From the NCBI RefSeq assembly GCF_001194135.2, contig NC_068983.1:113966399-114030398 (forward strand): DNA of 64,000 nucleotides, read 5' to 3'. This document shows, piece by piece, positions 51,901 through 61,938 of the stretch (position 1 is the first letter of the stretch; each line of letters starts with the position of its first letter). The notes under the pieces were generated by a model that ran no database searches, was not told where the DNA came from, and saw only the letters and a program-made list of their open reading frames with translations. Origin of the DNA: Octopus bimaculoides (Eukaryota). A program made the translations under genes and the position numbers.

Positions 51901-54900
51901 TGAAGCATTGTGTACGACCTATTGCCTCATCGCCGTACACTTGCTAAGGCATGCTCAATGTCTCTAGCAGACTTCCCAATAGCCTATTATCTTTGAAGAA
52001 AAGTGCCAAACATCAAAACTGAGCTGAGAATCAAAAGGTCTATAAGTAAATCAAGCAAAGGTTGGAAGAAAGATTGAAAGATTCTTCTGATTTCTGAGAA
52101 GTGGCCATGCTCAGTATGTAATGTAGAAAAGAGGCAGATAAGAATTCACCATGAAAACTGTGGGTACACAATGAATTCAAAGGGATTGCAGACAGGCTGA
52201 CAAAGAAGGAACTTTGTATGTAGCAGACACCCCATTCCTTCTCTCTCAGTGAAAGGTGGACTATATCATGCTTGTGTACAAAGTATGATATTGAATGGTA
52301 AGGAAACATGGGCCCTGAATGTGGAGGATGTGAAGATAGAAAGAAATGAGGTGAACATATATTCAGTTGGATGTGTAACATTGGTGTGCATCAACTTTGG
52401 GGAACAAATGCACTGGAGACAAACTAGATATAAGAAGAATCAGCTGTAGTGTGTAAGAGAGAAGGCGACTGCACTGGCACACAGACTTGGGATGCCTACG
52501 GAGAATGACAATTGGGTTAAAGAGTACAAAGTGATTCAAGTGTATGGAACCTACAGAAGACAGGATGAAGTGAAAAATGATCTCGGGAATCTCACCCTCA
52601 TGAAGATGATAGAGGAAAACAAGAGCAAGATTCTGTACTGGAGAAGATTCTTCCAACTCATGGGTGTATTTTAAAATATTAATGCAAAAACAATGTGCTG
52701 TATTGCAGACATTACCATAGAAAAGAATGTAAAATAGTAGTGTAACTCTTGTTATCATTGGTTTTAATCTTTTTAATACCAATTTTCCCATGTTGTTTTC
52801 ATCGCAAGAATAAGATTTCAGTTAGCCAACTCCAGTATAATAGAGTTGTAGTTATTTTACTTAGCCTGTCCAAAATCTTGAGCTTGTTTAAGCACACAGG
52901 TAATTTTTACACTTTTGAAAAACAGTTTTAAAAAACCCATATAGCTGACAGAATAGATTTAATCCAAATGGTTATTTTTGTTCTCCTTTTTAAAAAGGCC
53001 AATTTAAAATTTTAATTGCAGAAGAGCTCCTCTTGCAACATTTCATGATGCCAAGCATAGTATTGTATACATGCATCTTGATGCAACACGCAAAAGACTC
53101 CTCACAGTTGGTAAAGACAGACTTATTAAGGTATGCAATAGAAATAGAAACTACTGCCATATTTGTTTCATTTCAGTTTTTCTATGATTTGCAGATATTT
53201 TGTTGTTGTTTTAGTCTGAGGTTGGCTTTCTTGAAAGATCTGTGTGATCTAGGCCAGGGGTTTTCAAACTGTGGTCCGTGGACAGCAAATACTTTTTATG
53301 GGCAATTTGATTTTATATATGTTTTTTAATCGAAATCTTTTAATTGACAATAAACCTATTTGTTAAATACTGTTAAATAAAGAAATGTAAAAATATGTTA
53401 TTTTAAGCAAATATTTATCTATAAATTTCATAAGCGTTTATTAGGAGGTCCCTAAGGTAAAGCCTGAAATATAAAGGGGTCCGCAAGTCAAAAAGTTTGA
53501 AAACCCCTGATCTAGGCGACCTTGAGAATCAAGATGGGCAATAACTACGCCAGCTTGTAAGTTGAAATCCAGATCATCACCCAGTTCACTGAACTACTCA
53601 TCCTAGCGTTATGTGATCGTTACGTTGATGACTGTATCAGCACAACTTCTACATCACCTTTGTCATCGCTTTTCACCCTGCCCTTAAATTCACATCTATC
53701 AACTTCTTGGACATTTCCATATCCATTAGCTGTATCTTTTACAAACCCATTATTTTCTATTTCTATCTCTCAATGTTACCTCATCCCACTCACAAAAAAT
53801 CTGCCATCCCCTTCTCACAATTCTTACACCTCTGTATCTATAGCCTTGATTCTGAGATTCAGTATCAGCATATAGTCCACTACTTCATGTGTGTTAGCTC
53901 CAAATGGTAAACATTATCTACTTCCTCAACCATGATGTCAACTGTACCTCTGCCCTCATGGCTTATCTTCCCCCATCACCAACTGCATCCTTTTTACCTC
54001 CCTACCATCTTGCCACATTACCTCTCCTGTGCATTTTCCTACTGTACCTCCATCTCCTTGTCTGACCCCACTATTTTCCTTCCTGTTAACACACCCCCAA
54101 TCTTCATAACTTAGTGATCGATCATTCTTCCACATCCCAGAACACTCGAACCAGACCCTTTGCTGCATTTGTCCTTTATGCATCACTATTTCATGTCCCA
54201 CTACAAACATTTATTACATAAATTGTCAGCTATGCAGCCAGTTGTATATAGGTGACACTGGTCAAAGGTTATTTGGATCAGTTTAAAGGGCTCTTGCTAG
54301 ACATCTGATGCCACAGCACTTGATCACATGGGGTTCACTATTTCAATTTGCCTAACAACAGTTTTTTGCACCTTTCCTTCTCCAGTATTGTCTTACACCA
54401 TAGTTCTCTACCCCAACTAGAAGATGAATTGGATCTGATCTTCTGCGTTGGCATGATACATTTTCATGACTTGAACTTAATTCTTCTTTAGCTGCTTACA
54501 TCCACACCCATACACAAAATATCACCACTCACAAGTACAGCCTTCAGTTGTTGATGTGTAGTTTTTCATCCCCTGCAACAAAATATGCTTAGAATTTGTA
54601 TGCTTACATCTCTCTTTACCTATCAACATCTTTCCTCTTTCTACTATGCAACTTCATTTCTTCTTTCCAAATTTTTTTTTCTTTACTTTTTCATCAGAGG
54701 CAAACTCAACCATTCTTCAGTTTCTCCTTTGCAGCAGTGAACTAAACTATAGGTTGTACAGTCCAGATTCTTTCTGCTTTGCCCCTGAGAGTTTTTCCTC
54801 TATAATACTACATTTAACTTGGATGGCAAACTAGCCAATCAGATTACATTAAATATTTCATGATGGTCAAATGTGTTCTAACTATGAATGTCATCAATAT

Positions 54901-55323
54901 GTTTAGAAGTACATTATTTCATTTCTTTTTAGTACAACAGTAAGGTGTAATGAGAGGTTTGACTGCTAGTCTTAGCAGATTGAGTCCGTGTATATTGGTT
55001 CCCTTGTTGGCATGTAAATATCATGAGTTGATCATGTCTGTAAATATGAGTTTATTTTAAATAAGTCTAGCATAACATCAAGAATGGTGCCAATTATAAA
55101 ACACCCACCTCCCTTTTTCTTTATTATTGTTAATCACTCCAATTAATACAAATACATTTCTAAATATACATCTTGTACAGAATATATGGGAAATGTGTTT
55201 ATAAAAACACAAAACAAAATAATATAGCTGTTGAATGTACACCTGTAACATTTTCATTGATTTTGATGGTCTTTATTCTTTATTTATTTCCAGATGTGGG
55301 ATGTAAGTAGTGTACTACATTGA
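12870..55323 (+). CDS. WDFY2: WD repeat and FYVE domain-containing protein (WDFY1/2 orthologue), spliced CDS exons 2-12; exon 1 not in window
   Basis: Eleven AG/GT-bounded exons (68,74,55,151,113,127,106,102,131,109,30 nt; 1066 nt total) join in frame. They encode [16 protein letters not shown]..., [16 protein letters not shown], the FYVE motifs [14 protein letters not shown] and RVC, and end MWDVSSVLH*. Sizes match the human WDFY2 exon pattern as I recall it. Confidence 0.96.
13113..13369 (+). mobile_element. Composite SINE-like element: tRNA-like head + (AAT)n + tail with decayed hammerhead motif (family H)
   Basis: A-box TGGCGTAGTGG 13117-13127, B-box GAGTTCAATTC 13160-13170, (AAT)n, then a tail near-identical to 46520-46655. 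The core here has decayed to CTGATTTT and GAAGCAT. Confidence 0.8.
13830..14218 (+). mobile_element. tRNA-derived SINE, family C, full length with 12-bp TSD
   Basis: Head ggaggcgcaatggcccagtggttagggc, (CAA)n tail; TSD CAAAGAGAATTG at 13818-13829 and 14219-14230. Confidence 0.88.
14723..15093 (-). mobile_element. tRNA-derived SINE, family C, inverted copy with 12-bp TSD
   Basis: Reverse-complement copy; TSD CAATTAGACATT at 14711-14722 and 15094-15105. Confidence 0.88.
19290..20330 (-). mobile_element. Decayed Tigger/pogo-family transposase
   Basis: Minus-strand translation across frameshifts and stops gives FERFKK...[46 protein letters not shown] and NKKAWMT, all Tigger-type DDE_1 motifs. 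Confidence 0.75.
21970..22260. repeat. Degenerate minisatellite, unit about 30-32 nt, about 9 units
   Basis: Recurring gagct(t/c)tct(a/g)tcac(a)at...tgct(g)tatagag units. Confidence 0.6.
23514..23587 (+). CDS. WDFY2: WDFY2 exon 3 (74 nt)
   Basis: tttcag|CT...TCG|gtgagt; (S)[24 protein letters not shown]. Confidence 0.95.
24095..24690 (+). mobile_element. Tandem cluster of SINE family B copies (aaggcggcgagctggcagaat head) separated by (ATT)n
   Basis: Three consecutive copies at about 24095, 24320 and 24475. More copies at about 19060, 25425, 30345, 33110, 37255 and 47940. Split A-box/B-box (GAGTTCAAATTC). Confidence 0.75.
24690..25415 (-). mobile_element. 5'-truncated R4/Dong-clade non-LTR retrotransposon (zinc knuckle plus restriction-like endonuclease)
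   Basis: [62 protein letters not shown]. Internal duplication of about 40 nt at 24974-25053; (TAA)n on both flanks. Confidence 0.82.
26160..26556 (+). mobile_element. Second, distinct R4/Dong-like 3' fragment ending in (TAA)n
   Basis: [30 protein letters not shown]...LPIVIGALG...[14 protein letters not shown] (stop 26430-26432), then a 3'UTR and (TAA)n at 26526-26554. Confidence 0.78.
28098..28264. mobile_element. Mariner-type MITE
   Basis: TA|CGAGGTGTATTCAAAAAGTA...TACTTTTTGAACACACCTTG|TA; 20/22 inverted match including the TA TSD. Confidence 0.85.
28840..29050 (-). mobile_element. RTE-tail repeat (catcatcgtttaacgtccgctttccatgctagcatggg family)
   Basis: Near-identical copies at about 11665, 26660 (opposite strand), 32395 and 49170; matches the 3' end of the RTE fragment at 39800-39960. 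Confidence 0.8.
30677..31010 (+). mobile_element. tRNA-derived SINE with CORE-like centre and the same 3' tail as family C
   Basis: Head ggcttagtggtaagg...aagttcaattcc; gtgtccttgagtaagacact; tail tgtggagtgctcagccactt...ggatcaactggaaccctcg shared with 13830-14218. Confidence 0.7.
33439..33645. mobile_element. piggyBac-like MITE with TTAA TSD
   Basis: TTAA|CCCTTTA...TAAAGGG|TTAA. Confidence 0.8.
33730..33816. repeat. (CA)n microsatellite, about 43 units
   Basis: Direct reading. Confidence 0.97.
34250..34284. repeat. (TA)n microsatellite just upstream of the exon 4 acceptor
   Basis: Direct reading; ends about 20 nt before the AG. Confidence 0.95.
34305..34359 (+). CDS. WDFY2: WDFY2 exon 4 (55 nt)
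   Basis: cttccag|GAG...CTTG|gtaagt; [18 protein letters not shown]. Confidence 0.95.
35526..35676 (+). CDS. WDFY2: WDFY2 exon 5 (151 nt)
   Basis: tttgcag|CC...TTGA|gtatccttt; (A)[49 protein letters not shown]. Confidence 0.95.
35677..38681 (+). other. U12-type (minor spliceosome) GT-AG intron 5 of WDFY2
   Basis: 5' splice site GTATCCTTT is the exact U12 consensus. Branch-point-like TTTTCTTAAC at 38662-38671 lies about 10 nt before the AG, and there is no polypyrimidine tract. Confidence 0.88.
38682..38794 (+). CDS. WDFY2: WDFY2 exon 6 (113 nt)
   Basis: gttaag|A...TCAG|gtgagt; (E)[37 protein letters not shown]. Confidence 0.94.
39120..39960 (+). mobile_element. 5'-truncated RTE-clade LINE (RT C-terminus plus 3'UTR)
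   Basis: [13 protein letters not shown]...[17 protein letters not shown]...WMCNV...WYGHVMHM. The 3'UTR has a duplication of about 130 nt (about 39580 and 39710) and ends gatgat before (TA)n. Confidence 0.82.
39992..41214 (+). mobile_element. Near full-length inactive mariner (D,D34D) transposon
   Basis: TIRs aggttctttcacatgaaatgtcgcattt and aaatacgacatttcacgtgaaacaacct, with TA flanks. Transposase has an HTH region (TVQRWF), TCDEK*I, and YDNARPH-34 aa-SPTDHH; at least three in-frame stops and a frameshift. Confidence 0.92.
41273..41321 (-). ncRNA. Type I minimal hammerhead-like motif, family B (CCGAUGA core)
   Basis: GTCT-CCGATGA-AGGGA[tacattggattt]TCCCT-GAAA-TAGCT-GTA-AGAC: 4-bp stem I, perfect 5-bp stem II, near-palindromic stem III, GUA triplet; U4 replaced by C. 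Confidence 0.6.
41820..41946 (+). CDS. WDFY2: WDFY2 exon 7 (127 nt)
   Basis: caacag|GA...CATCA|gtaagt; (G)[41 protein letters not shown]. Confidence 0.96.
42788..43154. mobile_element. Tc1-like MITE with nested TTAA-type MITE (42843-43062)
   Basis: TIRs tagtcatggccaaaagtttggaaca and tgttccaaagttttggccacaactg (21/25). The inner element is ttga|ccttttag...ctaaaggg|ttaa. Confidence 0.75.
44023..44128 (+). CDS. WDFY2: WDFY2 exon 8 (106 nt)
   Basis: ttccag|T...GAG|gtgtgt; (H)[35 protein letters not shown]. Confidence 0.94.
45334..45435 (+). CDS. WDFY2: WDFY2 exon 9 (102 nt), FYVE N-terminal half
   Basis: ttgcag|ACT...CAG|gtatgt; [34 protein letters not shown]. Confidence 0.96.
46133..46178 (-). 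ncRNA. Type I minimal hammerhead-like motif, family H (antisense copy)
   Basis: GACAC-CTGAAGA-A-GGCTG[gagggtatat]CAGCC-GAAA-C-GTT-GTGTT on the minus strand. Confidence 0.65.
46557..46602 (+). ncRNA. Type I minimal hammerhead-like motif, family H (sense copy)
   Basis: GACAC-CTGACGA-A-GGCTG[gagggtatat]CAGCC-GAAA-C-GTT-GTGTT: 5-bp stem I (one G-U), 5-bp stem II, palindromic ACGT stem III; predicted cut after 46597. Confidence 0.65.
46790..47117. promoter_or_regulatory. GC/CpG-rich intronic island with NRF1-, ETS- and YY1-like motifs (possible promoter or solo LTR)
   Basis: TGCGCATGCG 47007-47016 plus ACTTCC 47026-47031; TGCACATGCG 47049-47058 plus ACTTCC 47066-47071; CAAGATGGCGGC 47072-47083. 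Confidence 0.4.
49784..49920. repeat. Near-perfect 137-bp palindrome (64-bp arms, 9-nt loop, 5 mismatches)
   Basis: Arms 49784-49847 and 49857-49920 compared base by base. Confidence 0.92.
50090..50220 (+). CDS. WDFY2: WDFY2 exon 10 (131 nt), FYVE C-terminal half
   Basis: ttgcag|CAC...GAAGA|gtaagt; [43 protein letters not shown]. Confidence 0.96.
50930..51180 (+). mobile_element. Decayed RTE-like LINE internal fragment
   Basis: RKEWKEAG..., WIAKQCV..., [10 protein letters not shown] resemble the RTE segment upstream of the RT. Confidence 0.45.
51301..51960 (-). mobile_element. Internally deleted mariner transposon remnant
   Basis: N-terminal [19 protein letters not shown]...[22 protein letters not shown]-terminal [19 protein letters not shown]; TIR-like ta|tgaggtatcaaaaggttcctgg. 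Confidence 0.8.
52150..52680 (+). mobile_element. Decayed RTE LINE RT C-terminal fragment
   Basis: [29 protein letters not shown], homologous to 39240-39330. Confidence 0.7.
53022..53130 (+). CDS. WDFY2: WDFY2 exon 11 (109 nt)
   Basis: attgcag|A...AAG|gtatgc; (E)[36 protein letters not shown]. Confidence 0.95.
53255..53509. mobile_element. hAT (Charlie-like) MITE
   Basis: Perfect 16-bp TIR CAGGGGTTTTCAAACT; perfect 8-bp TSD ATCTAGGC at 53247-53254 and 53510-53517. Confidence 0.93.
53530..54470 (+). mobile_element. Decayed Penelope-like element (RT plus GIY-YIG endonuclease)
   Basis: MG...YA, RYVDD at 53618-53632, FLDISI...YKP...[11 protein letters not shown], and [18 protein letters not shown] at 54209-54262. 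Confidence 0.8.
55294..55323 (+). CDS. WDFY2: WDFY2 exon 12 coding part (30 nt, stop TGA)
   Basis: tttccag|ATG TGG GAT GTA AGT AGT GTA CTA CAT TGA; MWDVSSVLH*, equivalent to human LWDMTPVVS*. Confidence 0.92.
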   Translation: MWDVSSVLH

Positions 55324-58300
55324 AAACAGTTGCCACAGATTTAAAATGGACTTTATGGTTACCTTACATTTCATATTTCTCTGGTCTTCTCACTGGGTTA
55401 GTTGAACAACCAGTACATGATAACTCAAAATCTCCAACAGAAATTAAATACTTAAATCAAAATATTTCTTGTGATCCTCACCTGGTTTGAGACAACCTTT
55501 TGCCAGAGAGACTGAAATCTTTTGAGATTAAATACCACAAATTGCACCATTCGAAATTCTTGTTGCCAGAGAGGCTCTAAAGAATAATGAATGCATTCTC
55601 CTGTCTGATATCAAGTATTGATACATACAGTATCAATTTTTTTTTTCTATCCCTTCCCTCCTCAGAATCAATTTAAAAATAAAGTACATCATGATCACAC
55701 TTTTCCACACGTATTCTCAAAACATTGCCCCCCCCCTCTCTCTCCAATTCTTGCTACACATTTAGTAAGTAGAAAGGAAAAAAGTGCTGATACAAAACCA
55801 TTTTCTTTTATATAATTTGTTAGTTAACTTCAGCCTACTTTTCCCGTGTTTCAGAAAAACCCTTACAAATTCTTAACGGGGCAGAAAGAATAATTACTTT
55901 CTTCCTATTAAAAATATCTGTGTTAAAACAACAGACATGTCCAAACTTTACAAAAGTATATTCAATCTCACACTTTGCTTCCTTTCTGTTAAGACATTAT
56001 CTGAATTCTGACTATTGATAGTTATTTGTTGCGATATATTAATCAGAAAATCATGGGGGTGGGACTACATTTGAAATTTACATGTATATGAAATGTGTGT
56101 GTGTGTGCGTGCATGTGTGTGTGTATGAGGTATATACTTTACACTCAACCAAATGTTAGTTTAATTGTACATGCAAGAAGAGATCTTTGTTGTCCAAAAT
56201 AACTATTTTTTAAACAACTTTATCCTCTAATATTCTTTGTAAATTATTTTGTTTTTCAAGTTTAGGATTGTATATTATAATAAATTACCTTGCAATATTT
56301 TTCTTTAATATAACGTTTTTGCAACCAGATCGTTCTTTCTACAAGATTTCCTGTCTTGTAAATTTCCAAAAGTTATTTTCAAAAGATTACTTAAAGCTTC
56401 TTGCTTATACATAATAAAGACTACATTCACAAGGAATGTTCTAATTGGTATAATTAAACTTGATCTATGAGTTTCTATGTTTGTTTGAAAATTTTGTAGG
56501 ATAGATTAGACACATAAAACCAGTCTTAATTCATATATCTACTCAACATTTGACAAAATGCTTGTCAGTGCATTTGGTTGAGACTTAAATCATTGGTACT
56601 TCACTCTAAATTGTTGAAGCATAGATTGTTAATTTAACCCAAATATTGATTACAAGTGTTTACATTTCAATCAATATAATATAAATGCACTTAAATCGTT
56701 TGCCTGGTTTAACCCCACCACCTGGCTCTTGAGTGCCTTTTACAGAATTCACTCTGTTGCATCTATTTGGACCAGGTCTGAAGAATACAATATACTACAG
56801 TATTGCTTCCTACAGAAACAACTCAAGAGTCTTCCTTTTCTCTTATTGGGAACTCTGGGAAAAGGGCAGCGACTGTAATGTATCAACTAAACTGAATGCC
56901 ATTCAGTTAAATGGAATTTGAAACATTTGAGAGAAAGAGGTTTTAAACATTCCAAAGAAAGCTTTAAGCGATATTTTGAGTCTATGAAATAAGTACATCA
57001 ATGTATTTGTCAAGCATAACTATCGACTGAAAATTATGAGCAAAGAGCATGTATTATATGTACAGAAGAAAACCAAGGGCAGGGTGGTATTACCTTGTAT
57101 GCTTAACATTTTATTCCCCTCCCCTTAAACTACATAAAAGTGTAACCTTATGTCTATGGAAGAAGCCAATGTGTAAGACACAAATAAGAGGGTTATACAA
57201 TGTTTTACTGTTTACTTTTGTTTCTGTTCTGAACTGAAATCTTGTTTTGATATTTACCTTACATCATTCAGGATAAAGTAAGTACCAGGCATGGATTAAT
57301 TACCCTGCTCCTCATTCTTTACAAATTCATGGTGCTCTGACATTGTAAGGATTCAAGCAAAATTATTTAAAAGATAGACTCCACAGCTGGAGACAAACTT
57401 CATTTTAGTTTGTTTGTTTTTTTTTCCCATGTTTATACATATTTTTACTGCTTACAGGTTTAACTCTTGTTGAGTTACATACCTTAGTCAGGACACCAGA
57501 ATGTAGTGAATTTCAACTAAATATAATAAGCAAGAGAAAGTAATCACATGGAGTAAGAACATCTTATGTACTGAAGATGGATCCTAGAAAGAATTATGAA
57601 AAACCAATACAGTTCAATTTATGCTCAACCTCTATCAGCATAGAAATTCTGGTATACAATGCAAATGTGTCTTCTTGCCACTGCCTCTGTTCATATTCTA
57701 ATTGGGGCTTTCAGAATTTTTACACTGGATTTTGATTAACCTAAAGAATGAATTTAAAGAATGCTTTGAGATGCTCTACAGTGGAATAAACAAAACACTA
57801 GACAATTGGTCTGTCTTCTGAATAAATTCTAAATATTTTTTTTTTTTTTTGGTAAAATTTAGTTGTGACATTTACTATTGGATTAAGAGACAGTATGAGT
57901 AAGGTGTGCTACATGAATTTGGTGTAAGTGCTGGCACTTAATTCAGAGAGGCAAAAGAAACTATGGAATAGTGGTTGCAGAGGGATTTGCTCTTCGTTTT
58001 TCATTTATTATAAAATCCAGGATTTGTGTGTGGTGGAGGCATTATACCAGATGTCAGAAGTATCGTTATGTAGTTCATATTTTTGCTTAACAGATAGCAA
58101 TTGATAAGCATTGCATCTGCTCTGGCCCTAAAAAGGCTGTACTAGGATACAGATATAACAATCCTAAGATTGCCACGGCAATACAGAGATTGATGAGTTA
58201 TGTATATAGACTGGGGGGGGGGGGGGCATGCAAGCTTGTTCTTAATATATATATAGACAATTCAAGCAAATTGAGCTCATGGTCAAATAAAAAAAATTTA

Positions 58301-58469
58301 GGTGTAGATTTTCATTTAGCTACAAGTCACTTTTCTGTATTAGTCAGACAATGAAATGCACCCAGTTTACACTGTAAAGTAGTTGCTTGCTAACAGGAAG
58401 GGCATCCAACAGAAGCTAAATCGTTTCAAGCTTTAACTCTCTTTATCATCAGAGGTTGCTGGTTTCATT

Positions 58470-58655
58470 TTTTTTTCTAGTTTTCATGGGTCCTCTGCAC
58501 TTACAGCCTAGGTTTCTCAATCCTGTAGCATTGCTGTTCATACTTAGGCATTATACAATCTGCTTTTCACTCAGAGAGAGAGAGATGCCTTTTGTTGCCA
58601 ACAGAAGTAAAAGTTCTCTAAACTTTCTCCAGCCAGTTCTTATTCTAGCAACTCT
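58470..58655 (-). mobile_element. Decayed RTE LINE fragment between the two genes
   Basis: [22 protein letters not shown]...RVKSRLYNA*V*TAML, same family as 39120-39960. Confidence 0.72.
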
Positions 58656-61600
58656 ACTTTCAGATAAATAAAATGATGTAATAAGTTAGTGTTTATACTT
58701 GTTTTATAGATAAAGTTAGATAAGAAAGAAAAACAAGTATTTATGTTTGGGTTGAGTGAAAGGCCAAGTACAAGTGAACCGAGATGGTAAAAGGGCATTA
58801 AAGGATTTGGCTGATGTGTGAGAAGATACTGCAATTAATATGAAACTGAATGACATCTACTGAGAGAAAAAGTAATGAGATACAATTGGAAGTATCTGGA
58901 GAAAGACGGATATAGAAAGTTATAGTGAAGTCAAATCCAAGGTGGATGGGTCTAAAAATTTAACCTAAAAGTCAGGTAGGTGAAAATATGCTGAACTGAG
59001 GGCTCACTGATGGCAGCATGAACTAAAACAGATGTTAAAATGAAGTGTATTCAATCTAGTAATGGGCTCATCCTGTCATAACTTAGTTTTGTTTCCATTT
59101 TCCTTAGATCAAACAACTCTCTACATCTTATAAATTGTGTCTAATGTGAATGTCAAAAGTTCCTTTAAATTGAAGAATAAGTTGAAATTGTACAAAGAGA
59201 AGTACATTTTAACAAACTTCACAACTTGCGTTCCTTTCACTGCTATTCAGTACAACAACTTGACATGTCTATAAGTTACAACAGATATCTTTAAAATAAA
59301 TATCAAAGACAAAGAACAATTCTTTTTACATCAATAAATATTTAAATGATTTTAATTTGGCTTATCTTCTATAATTATCATTTTAAGTGATACCCTAGTT
59401 GAAAGTGTTATACTATTTCAAGAGCTAAGATTTGAAAAAAAAAATATTTTGGAGAACATTGGTAAAAAACATAGAATTAGTTGAACAGAGATGTTTGTTT
59501 ATATTTCAATCCAAATATTTATTGTTTCACCACAGAAGAATCATAAACACTAGCTACATAGCTATTTCNNNNNNNNNNGTTTGTTTATATTTCAATCCAA
59601 ATATTTATTGTTTCACCACAGAAGAATCATAAACACTAGCTACATAGCTATTTCATTCAACATTTTGCTTGAGAGAAACATCCATTTGACAGAAAAATAG
59701 ATGAACAGACCAAAAGATTGGATTTTTTTTTTTTTTTTTTCCTTTTTTTTTAAGTGCTACAGCTTACCTTTTAATCGTTTTGTTTAAATCCAAATATACA
59801 ATTCTACCAATTCCACTCAACTGAAAGTGAAGTGGAGAAAAGGAAGTGCCTGTCAGCACTTGGATTAATGATGACATGGACAAGGAGGCAGCAGGAAGAA
59901 GAGAAAAAGTATTAAATGTTCTGAAGAGAGTTACACTTAGTTGACAGAAGTCAAGTAATAAAAGACTTGTTCAAAATTAACAAAACGTTCAGAGATGACT
60001 GCAATCTAAAATTGAACTTAATCAAAGCCTTAGTCACTGTCAACAAATTGAAAGCCAGCTAAAATAGGATATAATTTCCTTAGTGTATAAAGGATTATCA
60101 TTCAACTGGAAAGTTCAACATAGCACATCAACATTTTCCAAAGCGTTTTTTTTTTTTTTTTTTTTTAAACCTCTCTTTTCAAAACTTTAACATATTCTCA
60201 CAATAGTAACTTCATAGAAGTGGCAGAAAAAGCAGCATTCCGGAGGAATAACAACATAAGAAATTAGCTAGAATACGAAATTAATAGCTCTCAAAAAATA
60301 GACACAAAAACTAAAAATAAAATAGTTTTTGACTTTTTCTGTCAATCATTATAAACCTAACAACAAGAATACAAAAATGTCTGTGAAAAAATAAATTCTG
60401 GTAGAAAAAAATGTTCAAAACATTCTTGCAGGTATATTATCTTATTTTTCCACACACAACTATAGAGTAGTATTCATTAAGTTTAGTCTACTAATGGTAA
60501 CTTTTTTGAAATGTTTCTGTATGTGTGTGTGTGTCTGTCTGTGTGAATGAAACAAAGTAACTGGAACAATAAAATATTAATTTGCAAAATGAACTTGAAA
60601 TGCAAATCACACTGAATAAAATAAAATTTAATATTTCAGCGCAACATGTACGAAATCCTATTCAAATATTCCATCTGATGAACAATTAAACTATTCTATA
60701 GTGTCCATATCGATATATAAAAGAGAGAGAGCAGTACTGAATGGCTCTGACCATATTCCTCGGCCCATTTGAAACAGGTAGTTGAGGTATATTTTAGAAG
60801 AAAATATTCTGACGATATAATTAACATATATATATATATGCCAGCAAAATATGAAAGCAAGTAGAAATAAAACCCTAAACTTAAACTAAATTTCATGTGC
60901 AGATTTTCTCAAGATATCAGGTACCAGCTGTTGTACTGAGATGTCCAAGAAATATGTCTAGTTGAGCTGGCAAACAGTTATTCTTTTAATTTAAAAATGA
61001 ATATAAAGTAAGGTTAACTGGTGCAGTGGGAAGTTCACATGAAATTATAAATATATCTAACAAAGCACAACTTGATATAGACGAGTTCCAATAAATTATA
61101 CTAAATATAAATTTTTGAGATTCACATTTGAATTTTGTTTGATCAATTTCGATAAATAATAATAATAGAAAAGAAAAAGAATTCATGAAAATTAATAACA
61201 AATTTGGATTTAAACTTCTTAATACTAAAGAACTGAAAATCTTTGAATGACAATGATGAAAATTCAATAGGTCTGGTGATTAGAAAACATACTTGTAACA
61301 GAAATCAGCTTCCAAATAAGCAGAGATACACAGAAGACGTAGAATGTTTTACCGTGGATGCAAAACCATTACAGACAACTTGAAAGCATACTTTTTCTTA
61401 GCTTGAAAAGAAATTTTTAAAAATTATGAAAATCTATTGAAAATACCAATTTGAAAAAAAAAAAAAAATCCCATCAAAACTAAGTTACATAGAAAGCAAA
61501 ACCTCAATGTGAATTCCTCTTAATATTGATAGACAATAACTAGTGAGAACATTCTTGAAATGAATGGATATTATCAAAAAATTATATAGTAAAGTTTATG

Positions 61601-61938
61601 TTTGGTGCATGTGTTTTTTGTGTATGTATATGAAAGAGAGGGAGAGAACAAGTGAAAGATGAAGTTGAAACTTTCCAATGTAGTGAGCAACTTCAATACA
61701 CACGGTTACCAAAACATAGTTACCAATAAGGAGCTAAGAAGAGGGTTTTGTGGTCTAATTAGCTGTTAAGCTCAATACAACATTTTCTTCAAGTTGCTCC
61801 TCACAAATTTACAATCCTTCTAACAGCTACTAATATTTGGAGTTAACCATTTAGAAGGCGAGTAGTGGGTGGCCGGGAGATCATAATAAACACTGACCTA
61901 CTAAATAAGCCAACCCACTGCTCCAAGAGATAACCAAC

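Noticed and set aside
59493-59654. Exact 76-bp direct duplication
   Set aside because: The copies sit on either side of a 10-N gap, the signature of unmerged contig overlap; likely an assembly artefact.
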